DNA of 43,496 nt from Gaiellaceae bacterium (GCA_035765175.1 DASTYD010000149.1:1-43496), one strand, 5' to 3'; counted from the first letter of the stretch, positions 1-8,582 are shown. A program made the numbers and translations. Notes: generated by a model not told the origin, from the sequence alone.

Positions 1-3000
1 CCGGCTCCTGGTGCCGCCCGAGCCGCAGAAGTCGTCGTTCGACGAGACGGGCGTCAGGTTGTCCACCGAGGGCCCGGTGTACGCCGCCAGGACCGTGTCG
101 AAGCCCGCGTTGCAGGTATCGAAGCGAATCCTCCGGCTCGAGACCGGCGTGAACTTGTACCAGACGGACTTGAACGGCCCCGCGCCGGCGTGCGGAGGCT
201 CGCCGGTCTGCACCGTCGCGTACGTGTTGTCGCCGGACCTGGTTCCGCCCGCGCTCTGAAGCTCGGTCAGGACGTCGGCGTCGCCGAAGTCGTCGTTGGC
301 CGGAGGCGGCGGCAGTGACGGGTTCTCGTAGGCGCCGATCGTCGGCGGGTCGGCACGCGGATCGCCGACGATGTCCGTCGTGATGCCCGCGATCGTCTGG
401 CCGGCTCCGAGAAGCGGCGAGCCGGGCAGCGGCCGCAGGTTCGTCGCCGAGCCGAACATCGGGTCGACATTGATCGAATTGGCGTCCTTGCCGGTTTCCG
501 CCTTCCAGGCGGCGAACGTCGGGCGGTCGAAGAACGGCACCTGCGCCACGGTGGCGGTGCCGATCGCCCCGACCGCGGAGAAGTGCGACGACGGCCCGGA
601 CGTGTACAGGTCGTTGTAGTTCGAGGTGAGGAAGTTGTAGAGGCCGATGGCCGACAGGCCGATCGCGTAGCTGCCCGCCGTGTTTCCGGCGCCGCCGTTC
701 GTCGCGGTCTGCGTGTTGTAGAGCGCGTTGTTGCGAACGTTGAGAAGCGGGTTCGCCCCGACGACCGCCAGCGCGTAGCTGCCGGTGCTCGTGAGCGTGG
801 CGCCACCGTCCCGAGCGCCGGTCATCGACACGGAGTTGAAGTAGATCTCCGTCGTCGCGTACAGGGTCCCGGCCGATCCGACGATGATCCCGGCGGCAAG
901 ATCACCCGGCGTGCTGTTCGCGTTCACGCCGTAGACCGAGTTGTTCGCGATCCGGCTCGTCCCGTAGTTCGGAGTACCGAGAGCGATGCCGGCCGCCGAG
1001 AACGTGTCGGTCTTGACCACGCTGCCGACGAAGTTTCCGGTGACGCTGACGTTCGCGACGTCCTGCGTCGTGATCGCTGTTCCGGTGACGGCGATCGTGC
1101 CGATCGCGAGCCCGAAGACGTCGGCGCTGTTGGCCGCGGTGACGTTGACGACGGTGTTGCCCGTGACCTGCGCCCCGTCGTCGAAGGCGATCCACACGCC
1201 TGCGCGCCCAAGGGCTCCGGCGCCGTTGGCTCCGAGCGTGTTCCCGGTGACGACCGTGCCCGTGTTCTTCGCGGCACTCTGCGAGCCGACGGAGACGATG
1301 CCGAACTGGAGCTGGGTGACGTTGTTGTTCTGGACCCGGTTGTTGTCGTTCCGGGTTCCAAGCGTGCCGGTGCCGATCGTGCTGCTTCCGAAGCCAATGC
1401 CGGCGAACGTCGTCGTCGACGCGTTGCCGACGACGTTCAGGTTCTTGATCGTGTTGTTCGTCGTCGGGTTGGCGGTGCCGACGGTCTGGCCCCAGATCAC
1501 GGCGCTCGCCGTGCCCACGTTCGTGTTCGTGAAGGTCGTGTCACGCGTCGAGCCGCCCGAGTTCGAGCCGTCGATCGTGACGTAGTCGATCCCGTTGAGG
1601 ACGAGCAGCGCTGACGCAGAGCTTCCGCTGAACGTCGGCGAGGCGCCCGCGGTCGGCTTGATCGTCAGCGTGTTCAGCGCACTGTTGCCGCCGTTCGCGT
1701 TGATCGTGATCGGGTAGGTCTCGGCCGCGTATGTGTTGTCGGTCAACACGAACGTGACCGGCCCGGTCATGCGCTTGCTGTTCAGATCGGCGACGGCAGC
1801 GGTCAAGGTTGCGTAATCGCCGCCCGCGCCGACGTTGAAGACCCCGCTGATCGTCGACCCCGTCGTCAGGTGGCCGACTGCGAAGTAGCCGAGCGAGGTG
1901 ATCGTGTTGCTCGGGCCGATCGTCGCTCCGGTGACCAGGCCTCCGATCGAGTCGTACGTCCCGCCCTGCGTCGCCGACTGGCCGATGGCGTTCGCGGTCG
2001 CGGTGCCCTGCTCGGTCAGTCGCACCGTCGCGTTGGTGAAGTTGGCGGCGCCGCCCGTGATCTGGGCGGACCAGTAGCGGTTGTGGTTGATGTCGTCGAA
2101 CCCGGCGCCCCCGGTCCCGCCGGAGTCGGCGTCGAAGGCTTCCGCCTCGATCGTCACCGTCCCGCCGGCATTCGTCGTCGGGTTGACGAGCTCGAGCATC
2201 TTGAACGAGCCCTTGCCGACCGGGAACGTGTACGTGCCGGAGGCAAGGTTGGCCGGTAGCGTGCGGACGAGCGGGCCGTTGACCCAGGTCGCAGCCGAGC
2301 CGCCAGTCACGGATCCCGCCGCCGTGCCCGTGACGATCAGCTTGTTCGACGAGCTCGTGTTGAGCGTTCCCACGCTCAGGAGCAGTGCATTGGCCGCGCC
2401 CGTCGAGGTCAGGTCGCCGCCCGCGAGCGTGACGCCCGTGGGGTTCAGGATCTGAATCGAGGCGACCGTGCGCGAGGCAGGGATCTCGGGGCCGGTGGCA
2501 ACGCTCCCCTGGGATTGAGCGTAGACGAGCGTGTACGCGGACGTGCCGAGGTTGTAGGTCGGGGACGAGTCGAAGTTGCCGGCGGCGAACGCGATGCCGG
2601 TGGCGCCGCGCTGGACGACCGTCAGGAGGGCGTCGCCGTTCCCGATCGTGACCAGATTCGAGTTCGAGAGCTCGCCGTAGAAGAGGTTGGCGCGGTAGAC
2701 GTTCAGCGGCGAGACCGCTGGGTCGAGCGTGACGCCGGGTGCGTTCTGAACGCTCAGCGTGGCGGGCCTGAGGCCGACCGCGCCGAACGTGCCGGTGCCC
2801 GTGTAGTTCTGCTCGTAGCCGCCGTTCAGAGCCTGCAGGCTGCCTGCGAAGTTGAGCGTGCCGAGGTTGTTGCCGCTCACGACGATCGCGCCGTTGTTGA
2901 CGACGGTCGGCCCGATCTGCAGCAATGTCTGACCGACGGTCGCCGAGCTCGTCAGGTTCACCGTGGTTCCGGGCTTGATCGTCGTCGTGCCCCAGACGTT

Positions 3001-4479
3001 CAGCTGCCCGCTCAGGACGAGGTTCTTGTTGTTCGTCGTGTTGTCGACGACGACGCTCGGCGCTTGGCCCTGCGCTCGGAACGTGAAGTTCGTCGCAGTC
3101 GCGGCGGTGCCGATGTTCAGCACGCCGCCGGTGTAGACCATCGTCCCCGCCATGTTGTAGTCGGCGGTCGTCAGCCCGTTGCTGTTGACGAGGTTGATCG
3201 AGCCGCCCGACATCTTCATGACGACGCTCGTACCCGTGAACCCGAACGAGGGCGACGTCGCGCAGCCGCCGGCGACGCAGACGTTGACCTGGCCGGCCGA
3301 CTGCGTGTAGTTGATGAATGCGTTCGAGCTGTTGAGGCGGCCGGCGAGGTTCAGGATCCCGCCGTCGACGTTGAACATCGCGCCGACGCCGGCGCCCATG
3401 ACGTGGGTGCCGAGCGTGCCGACGTTCAGGGTTCCGTCGCTGACGCGTAGGAGGCCGTTGTTCGTGGGGCTCCCTGCCTGCCCGACGACGGTGACGTTCG
3501 GGGCGTTGAGCCAGAAGGCGCCCGTAACGGGAATCGTGTAGGTGGCGGAAGCGAAGACCGGGTTCGAGAACGTGTTGGAGCCGACGATCCGGAAGGTGCC
3601 GTTCGCGATCGTCAGGAAACCCGCGGTATTGGCGCCTTGCACGGTGATCGTCCCGCCGGGGGAGAAGTCGAGCATCGAGACTGCGCTCGTGCCCTTGTTC
3701 AGGTTGATGCCGTTCGTCTGTCTCAGGTCGAGCGAGCCGGAGTTGACGAGACTCGTGTTCGCAGCACCGGTGAACACGATGCCGGCACCGGCCGTGTCGG
3801 CGTTGGTGCTGAAGTCCATCGTGCCGGCGTTCGTGAGGCTTCCGGCTACGGACAGCACATGCCCTGTCTGGGTACCCGTTGCCGCGGACTGGAAGATCCC
3901 GCCGACAGCGACCGTGACGTAGTCACCGACCACGAGTGTCCTGGCGGTCGTTTCCTCGTACTGGAGGACGCCGCCGTTGAAGACGATGAGGCTGAGCGCC
4001 GCCGCCGCAGTGTCGATCGTCACGGTGCAGCCGCTCCCGATGCTCACGCTGTCGGCAGCGGTGGGGACGCCGCCGGACCAGGTCGCGGGCGAACTCCAGT
4101 TGCCACCGGGGGCAACGCACGTGATGTCTGCGAGAGGAGCGTACGAGCGAGAGCCGAAGGCACGGCCGCGGAGGAGATCGAGCGCGCTGGGGATGGTGGG
4201 CGCCGGAGCAGCGCCGACAGCCTGCGGGCGGACGACGCGCGCGCCCGCTCGAATGGATCGAGTCGGCCCGGACGCCTTCGACGGCGAAGCAACCGGTCCG
4301 ATCTGCGCCGACCGGACGGCCGGCACAGCCGCCGAGTCGGGTTGCTGCGAGCTGCTACTCGTGCCGGCCTCGGCGATGGGTACGAGCCCCAACCCGAGCG
4401 CTCCGACGACGAACAGACATAGACGTGTCCGGCCGCGCAGCGCGCGCGTGCCACTAGGTGCCGCATGACTCGAAATCAC
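1..4479 (-). CDS. Giant secreted right-handed parallel beta-helix repeat protein; first 1493 codons, with the 3' end beyond the left window edge
   Basis: Not in the supplied ORF track, presumably because no stop lies inside the window. Hand translation of the minus strand in the phase of + triplets 1-3, 4-6 and so on gave an uninterrupted frame; an explicit in-phase TTA/CTA/TCA check was done only on + positions 1-660. GTG start at 4479-4477, 5 nt downstream of GGGGAGGGGAG. N-terminus VISSHAAPSGTRALRGRTRLCLFVVGALGLGLVPIAEA looks like a signal peptide. The body is G/T/N/V/A-rich with beta-helix-like rungs (GGDYATLTAAVADLN..GPVTFVLTDNTY..ITINANGG; NNRVQNNNVTQ; GNTVVNVTAANS). Codon position 3 is strongly G/C. 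The + strand ORFs over it are R/D/V-rich shadows. Confidence 0.85.
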   Translation of the reverse strand, partial: MISSHAAPSGTRALRGRTRLCLFVVGALGLGLVPIAEAGTSSSSQQPDSAAVPAVRSAQIGPVASPSKASGPTRSIRAGARVVRPQAVGAAPAPTIPSALDLLRGRAFGSRSYAPLADITCVAPGGNWSSPATWSGGVPTAADSVSIGSGCTVTIDTAAAALSLIVFNGGVLQYEETTARTLVVGDYVTVAVGGIFQSAATGTQTGHVLSVAGSLTNAGTMDFSTNADTAGAGIVFTGAANTSLVNSGSLDLRQTNGINLNKGTSAVSMLDFSPGGTITVQGANTAGFLTIANGTFRIVGSNTFSNPVFASATYTIPVTGAFWLNAPNVTVVGQAGSPTNNGLLRVSDGTLNVGTLGTHVMGAGVGAMFNVDGGILNLAGRLNSSNAFINYTQSAGQVNVCVAGGCATSPSFGFTGTSVVMKMSGGSINLVNSNGLTTADYNMAGTMVYTGGVLNIGTAATATNFTFRAQGQAPSVVVDNTTNNKNLVLSGQLNVWGTTTIKPGTTVNLTSSATVGQTLLQIGPTVVNNGAIVVSGNNLGTLNFAGSLQALNGGYEQNYTGTGTFGAVGLRPATLSVQNAPGVTLDPAVSPLNVYRANLFYGELSNSNLVTIGNGDALLTVVQRGATGIAFAAGNFDSSPTYNLGTSAYTLVYAQSQGSVATGPEIPASRTVASIQILNPTGVTLAGGDLTSTGAANALLLSVGTLNTSSSNKLIVTGTAAGSVTGGSAATWVNGPLVRTLPANLASGTYTFPVGKGSFKMLELVNPTTNAGGTVTIEAEAFDADSGGTGGAGFDDINHNRYWSAQITGGAANFTNATVRLTEQGTATANAIGQSATQGGTYDSIGGLVTGATIGPSNTITSLGYFAVGHLTTGSTISGVFNVGAGGDYATLTAAVADLNSKRMTGPVTFVLTDNTYAAETYPITINANGGNSALNTLTIKPTAGASPTFSGSSASALLVLNGIDYVTIDGSNSGGSTRDTTFTNTNVGTASAVIWGQTVGTANPTTNNTIKNLNVVGNASTTTFAGIGFGSSTIGTGTLGTRNDNNRVQNNNVTQLQFGIVSVGSQSAAKNTGTVVTGNTLGANGAGALGRAGVWIAFDDGAQVTGNTVVNVTAANSADVFGLAIGTIAVTGTAITTQDVANVSVTGNFVGSVVKTDTFSAAGIALGTPNYGTSRIANNSVYGVNANSTPGDLAAGIIVGSAGTLYATTEIYFNSVSMTGARDGGATLTSTGSYALAVVGANPLLNVRNNALYNTQTATNGGAGNTAGSYAIGLSAIGLYNFLTSNYNDLYTSGPSSHFSAVGAIGTATVAQVPFFDRPTFAAWKAETGKDANSINVDPMFGSATNLRPLPGSPLLGAGQTIAGITTDIVGDPRADPPTIGAYENPSLPPPPANDDFGDADVLTELQSAGGTRSGDNTYATVQTGEPPHAGAGPFKSVWYKFTPVSSRRIRFDTCNAGFDTVLAAYTGPSVDNLTPVSSNDDFCGSGGTRSR

Positions 4480-4569
4480 GAGGTCTCCCCTCCCCAACGC
4501 CAGGATGTGTGGCGTTCTTACAACTTCCGTGGAGGCAATTCAAGGTTTCGAGGGACGCGCCGCCCTTAG

Positions 4570-5601
4570 TTGAATTGGGGTATGGACGAGAAAGCAGCTC
4601 GGGAGCGCTACGCGGATCTGGAGTGGGCGCAGCCTGACTGGCTCGTACAGGCAAGGGCCTGGATCGAGCAGCACGCGCGGATCGCCGGCGAGCTCGAGCA
4701 AGTGCACCTCAGGCCGTGGTCGACGGTGCTGCGTGTGCCCACGGCCGACGGCGATCTCTTCTTCAAGGCGGCGTCGATCTCGGGGACGTTCGAGCCCGCG
4801 CTGACCGTGTTGCTGGCGGAACGCGTGCCCGAGCGCACCGCAGAGCCGGTAGCGGTCGACCTCGATCGCGGCTGGATGCTCACGCGCGACGCCGGAACGA
4901 GGCTTCGCGAGCTCGTGCAGTCGGCCGCCGACCTGCACCACTGGGCGAGCCTCCTACCGGCGTATGCGGACCTCCAGATCGAGCTCGCGTCGGAGGTCGA
5001 GGAGCTGCTCGGGCTCGGAGTGCCCGACCGGCGACTGTCGAGGGTTCCCGGGCTGCTCTCGACTCTCCTCGGAGACACCGAGGCGCTCATGCTCGACCTC
5101 CCGGACGGGCTGACGTCCGAGGAGCTGGCGCGGATGCGCGCGGAGACGCCCGCGATCGAGGCGATCTGCGCCCAGCTCGCCGGGCTCGCGATTCCCGAGA
5201 CGATCCAGCACGACGACTTCCACGACGGCAACGTCTTCGTCCGCGATGGCCGACACGTCTTCTTCGACTGGGGCGACAGCTGCGTCTCGCACCCGTTTCA
5301 CACCCTCGTCGTCACGCTGCGGGCCGTTGCCATGCGCTTCGACCTCGAGCCCGGTGGCAGCGAGCTGCTCGGGCTGCGCGACGCCTACCTCGAGCCCTTC
5401 GGCTCCTTCGAGCAGCCCGAGGCGCTGCGCGAAGCGTTCGGGCTCGCCTATCGCATCGGGACGATCGGCCGTGCGCTTGCCTGGTACGACTACGTTCGCG
5501 AGTCGGACCCCCGATTCCGGTCGGAGCTCGCGGACGCGGTGCCGTACGGCCTGCAGCGGTTCCTCGAGCACGGGCCGATCGGAACCTGGCGCTGGGAATA
5601 G
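4570..5601 (+). CDS. Aminoglycoside-phosphotransferase (APH) / kinase-like fold family protein
   Basis: The 343-aa ORF has the catalytic-loop motif HDDFHDGNVF (HxDxxxxN) followed by FFDWGD (a DFG-equivalent metal-binding Asp). The track start is TTG; ATG at 4582 (MDEKAA) is an alternative. Divergent from the giant beta-helix gene. Confidence 0.8.
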   Translation: MNWGMDEKAARERYADLEWAQPDWLVQARAWIEQHARIAGELEQVHLRPWSTVLRVPTADGDLFFKAASISGTFEPALTVLLAERVPERTAEPVAVDLDRGWMLTRDAGTRLRELVQSAADLHHWASLLPAYADLQIELASEVEELLGLGVPDRRLSRVPGLLSTLLGDTEALMLDLPDGLTSEELARMRAETPAIEAICAQLAGLAIPETIQHDDFHDGNVFVRDGRHVFFDWGDSCVSHPFHTLVVTLRAVAMRFDLEPGGSELLGLRDAYLEPFGSFEQPEALREAFGLAYRIGTIGRALAWYDYVRESDPRFRSELADAVPYGLQRFLEHGPIGTWRWE

Positions 5602-5641
5602 CGCCTCTGATCTGTGAGAGTTAGGAGGCCGAAAGCGAGCA

Positions 5642-7027
5642 ATGGCTCGAGGATCCACACGCCGCCGAAGGAGGATCCGCGCCCGTCTGCCGGGCGGGCT
5701 GTTGGTGATCGCCATGCTCCTGCCGGCGAGCGGCGGCGTCGCCGGAGTCGCGCTCGTCACGGTGTACCCGTCCTTCTCGCCCGCGCTGGGCCTGGCACCC
5801 GACCTCGCCCCCGCCGCGCTGGAGATCGGCGACCTGAACGGAGACACGAGGCTCGACGTCGTGACCGCAAACCGCCTCGGCAACGACGTCTCGGTCTTCC
5901 TGAACGCGGGCGACGGGAGCTTCCTGCCGCGACGCGACTACGCGACCTCGGCGCGGCCCGACTCGCTGGCGATCGCCGACGTCGACGGCGATGGGAAGCC
6001 CGACCTCGTGACCGGAAGCGAGGGAGACGGCGCCGGCGGCACCGTCTCCGTGCTGGTGAACTCGGGCGACGGCGGCTTCTCCGCGAAGCGCGACTACGCG
6101 ACGGAGGCGACCCCGTCGTCGGTCGCCGCCGGGGACGTAGACGGCGACCGAGCGGAGGACCTCGTGGTCACCATGCTCGACGAGGACGTCAGCGGCTCCG
6201 GAGCGATCGCGGTTCTGAGGAACGACGGCGAGGGCGCGTTCGTGGCCGGGCAGGTCTATCCGCTCGGCGCCGATCCCGCCTCGATCGCGATCGGCGACCT
6301 GAACGGAGACGACAGCGCCGACCTGGCGACCGCCAACACCTACGCCGGCACCCTTTCCGTGCTGCTGAACGACGGCCACGGCGCATTCACGACGCGGCGC
6401 GACTACGCGACCGGGGATTGGGCCCCCTCCGTGGCGATCGGCGACCTGAACGCCGACGGAAGCGCCGATCTCGTCGCGGGGCACTTCGACCGAGTCGTCT
6501 CCGTCTTCTTCAACCGCGGCGACGGCACGTTCGAAGCGCCCCGGGAGCACCAGACGGGCCGGTACCCGAACGACGTCGCGATCGGCGACCTGAACGGAGA
6601 CGGCGCGCCCGACCTGGCGACGGCCAACTACCAGTCCAACACGGTTTCCGTTCTCGCGAACTGGGGCGACGGCAGCTTCGTGGCGAGGCGCGACTACGGC
6701 ACAGCGGTCGATCCGTGGTCGGTCGCGATCGGCGACCTGAACGGCGACGGCAAGCCCGAGGTGGCGGCCGCGAGCGAGGATGCGGACGAGATCTCCGTGC
6801 TCGCGAACACGACCGGCCTCTGCATGGTGCCGCGGGTTCACAAGAAGACCGTCGCGGCGGCGAAACGGGCGATCAAGCACGGCCTGTGCCGGTTCGGCGG
6901 CCTACGCCTCGCCTACTCGAGAACCATCCCCAAAGGCCGCGTCCTGAGCGCGACTCCCAGTCCGGGCGCCGTCCTGCCGACGGGAAGCTCCGTCAGGCTG
7001 CTCGTCAGCCGCGGCCCGCGGCGCTAG
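5642..7027 (+). CDS. Secreted FG-GAP/VCBS seven-repeat beta-propeller protein with C-terminal PASTA-like domain
   Basis: The R-rich N-terminus followed by a hydrophobic stretch (MARGSTRRRRRIRARLPGGLLVIAMLLPASGG) is signal- or Tat-like. There are seven repeats of the type (I/V)A(I/A)GD(L/V)(N/D)GD(G)xxDL(V/A)...VSVLLNxGDGxF. The last 68 aa, CMVPRVHKKTVAAAKRAIKHGLCRFGGLRLAYSRTIPKGRVLSATPSPGAVLPTGSSVRLLVSRG, fit the PASTA pattern (vP.v.G....A...l...G......s...p.G.V....P..G..l..gs.V.L.VS.G). Confidence 0.85.
   Translation: MARGSTRRRRRIRARLPGGLLVIAMLLPASGGVAGVALVTVYPSFSPALGLAPDLAPAALEIGDLNGDTRLDVVTANRLGNDVSVFLNAGDGSFLPRRDYATSARPDSLAIADVDGDGKPDLVTGSEGDGAGGTVSVLVNSGDGGFSAKRDYATEATPSSVAAGDVDGDRAEDLVVTMLDEDVSGSGAIAVLRNDGEGAFVAGQVYPLGADPASIAIGDLNGDDSADLATANTYAGTLSVLLNDGHGAFTTRRDYATGDWAPSVAIGDLNADGSADLVAGHFDRVVSVFFNRGDGTFEAPREHQTGRYPNDVAIGDLNGDGAPDLATANYQSNTVSVLANWGDGSFVARRDYGTAVDPWSVAIGDLNGDGKPEVAAASEDADEISVLANTTGLCMVPRVHKKTVAAAKRAIKHGLCRFGGLRLAYSRTIPKGRVLSATPSPGAVLPTGSSVRLLVSRGPRR
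5824..6744 (+). repeat. Intragenic near-identical DNA repeats encoding the FG-GAP calcium-loop motif
   Basis: gcgatcggcgacctgaacgg occurs exactly at 6287-6306, 6578-6597 and 6725-6744. A 19-nt version lies at 6434-6452 and an 18-nt version at 5824-5841. All copies are in the same reading phase of the propeller gene. Confidence 0.9.
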
Positions 7028-7033
7028 CGCCGC
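7018..7033. repeat. 16-nt perfect palindrome gcggcgCTAGcgccgc containing the stop codons of both convergent propeller genes
   Basis: Read directly: the + gene ends cgg cgc TAG (7025-7027). The - gene ends cgg cgc TAG (complement of 7024-7026). The two genes overlap by 4 nt at CTAG. Confidence 0.95.
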
Positions 7034-8550
7034 CCGACGACGAGATTCACCTTCGAGGCCCTGGCCTTCACGGAGCCGGCGCGGGGGCTCTGCGCGACCA
7101 CCTTCCCCCTCTTCTTCGCTTTCGTCCGCACGTGACGCACCGTTCCGACCCGGCAGTTCGCCCGTCCGATACGCGCGCGTGCGACCGCCAGCCGCATGCC
7201 GATCACCCGGGGGACGACGCAGCGGATCGTAGGCGGCGGAACGGGCACCGCGGCGGCCCGGTCGTGAACGAAGACGTCCGTGAACTGGTTCGAATCTCCC
7301 TGCACGAGGTTCGACGCGTCCGATTCGAAGATCACGAGCCGGCCGTCACCGCTCAGCGCCGGCCGCAGGCTGCTGCCGTTCGCCTCGCCGCCGCCTCCGG
7401 CCACGCTCACGCGCCTGGTCGCGCCGCTGAGACGGTCGTGGAAGATGACGTCGGAAGCACCGTTCGTGTCGCCGGCGACGAGGTTCGAGGCGTCCGAGAA
7501 GTACGCGACGTAGCGACCGTCCCAGCTCAGGGACGGACGGAAGCTCGGACCGTCGGACTGGCTTCCCGAGTCGTCGATGCTCACACGCGTCGTGATGTCG
7601 GTCTGGCGGTCGTGCACGTACACGTCGAACGCGTCGTTCGTGTCGCCCCAGACGAGGTTCCAGGCGTCCGAGTCGAAGGCCACGTAACGGCCGTCAGCGC
7701 TGATCGCGGGATGCAGGCTGTCACCCTCGGCCTGGAAACCGCCCGTGTACTCGCTCACGCGTGTGGTGGTGCCCGCCTGGAGATCCCTGACGAAGACGTC
7801 CGAGCCTTCGTTGTCGTCGAAGTCGACGAGATTCGAAGCGAACGACGTGAAGACGACGACCCGGCCGTCGGCGCTCAGCTCCGGCGTGAAGCTGTCGAGG
7901 ATCGGTTGGTCGCCGTTCCAGGCCAGGCTTGCGCGCGTCGTCGTGCCGTTCTGGCGGTCGAAGACGAACGCGTCGCGCTGGCCGTTCGTGTCATCGGTGA
8001 CGAGGTTGGTCGCAGCCGATGTGAAGGCCACGTACCGTCCGTCGGCGCTGATCGACGGCGAGTCGCTCCCTCCGTTCCCGTTCGCGCCGGCGAGCCCCGC
8101 GCTCACACGGGTCGTGGTATTCGCCTGACGGTCGCGGACGAAGATGTCGTTCGCATCGTTCGTGTCGCCGGCGACGAGGTTCGTCGCTGCCGACGAGAAG
8201 GCGACGAACCTGCCCTCGGCGCTGATCGCGGGCTCGAAGCTGTCCCCGTTCCCCTCGGCTCCGCTACTCCCGACGCTGACCCTCGTCGTCTCGCCGGTCT
8301 GCAGATCGCGGACGAAGACGTCGCGGGCGTTGTTCGCGTCGCCCGTGACGAGGTTCGTCGCATCGGAGTAGAAGGCGGCGTATCGCCCGTCGGAGCTCAT
8401 CGCCGGCACGAAACTCCGGCCGTCGGCCTGAGCGCCGCCCGTGGCGACGCTCAGCCGTGTCGTCACGCCGACGGCGGCGCCTGCCGACGGCAACAGGATC
8501 AGGCCGGTCGCGAGCCCGGCGAGCAGAAGGCGGTACGCCCCCGTTCCCAC
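7024..8550 (-). CDS. Secreted TolB-like (PD40/WD40-like) seven-repeat beta-propeller protein with C-terminal PASTA-like domain
   Basis: GTG start. Signal-like N-terminus MGTGAYRLLLAGLATGLILLPSAGAAVG. There are seven ~58-aa repeats of the type P(A/S)(I/L)SADGRYVAF.S.A.NLV.GDTN...DVFV.D...G.TTRVS. The last 65 aa, CVVPRVIGMRLAVARARIGRANCRVGTVRHVRTKAKKRGKVVAQSPRAGSVKARASKVNLVVGRR, align with the C-terminal domain of the convergent gene. Confidence 0.85.
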   Translation of the reverse strand: MGTGAYRLLLAGLATGLILLPSAGAAVGVTTRLSVATGGAQADGRSFVPAMSSDGRYAAFYSDATNLVTGDANNARDVFVRDLQTGETTRVSVGSSGAEGNGDSFEPAISAEGRFVAFSSAATNLVAGDTNDANDIFVRDRQANTTTRVSAGLAGANGNGGSDSPSISADGRYVAFTSAATNLVTDDTNGQRDAFVFDRQNGTTTRASLAWNGDQPILDSFTPELSADGRVVVFTSFASNLVDFDDNEGSDVFVRDLQAGTTTRVSEYTGGFQAEGDSLHPAISADGRYVAFDSDAWNLVWGDTNDAFDVYVHDRQTDITTRVSIDDSGSQSDGPSFRPSLSWDGRYVAYFSDASNLVAGDTNGASDVIFHDRLSGATRRVSVAGGGGEANGSSLRPALSGDGRLVIFESDASNLVQGDSNQFTDVFVHDRAAAVPVPPPTIRCVVPRVIGMRLAVARARIGRANCRVGTVRHVRTKAKKRGKVVAQSPRAGSVKARASKVNLVVGRR

Positions 8551-8574
8551 TCCACCGTTTTAGCGCGTGGAGTG
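8548..8574 (-). terminator. Hairpin downstream of msrA whose 3' arm contains the GTG start of the TolB-like gene
   Basis: cactccac (8548-8555) and gtggagtg (8567-8574) are perfect complements with an 11-nt loop. The hairpin lies 9 nt after the msrA stop on the minus strand. There is no U-tract. Confidence 0.4.
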
Positions 8575-8582
8575 CGGCTTGA

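Noticed and set aside
583-4466. Track ORFs over the left 4.5 kb: + 583-1614, 986-1585, 2515-3450, 3637-4422, 3977-4468; - 4044-4466, 924-1397 and others.
   Set aside because: Their translations are R/D/V/G- or S/T/P-rich low-complexity strings, typical of off-frame or antisense reading of GC-rich coding DNA. The minus frame starting at 4479 is continuous and gives a sensible signal peptide and beta-helix repeats.
5815-8415. Regularly spaced repeats that could be mistaken for a CRISPR-like or tandem-repeat array.
   Set aside because: The periodicity is about 150-175 nt, the repeats are degenerate apart from short 18-20-mers, and they are in frame with propeller-blade repeats of two proteins. 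They are coding repeats, not an array.
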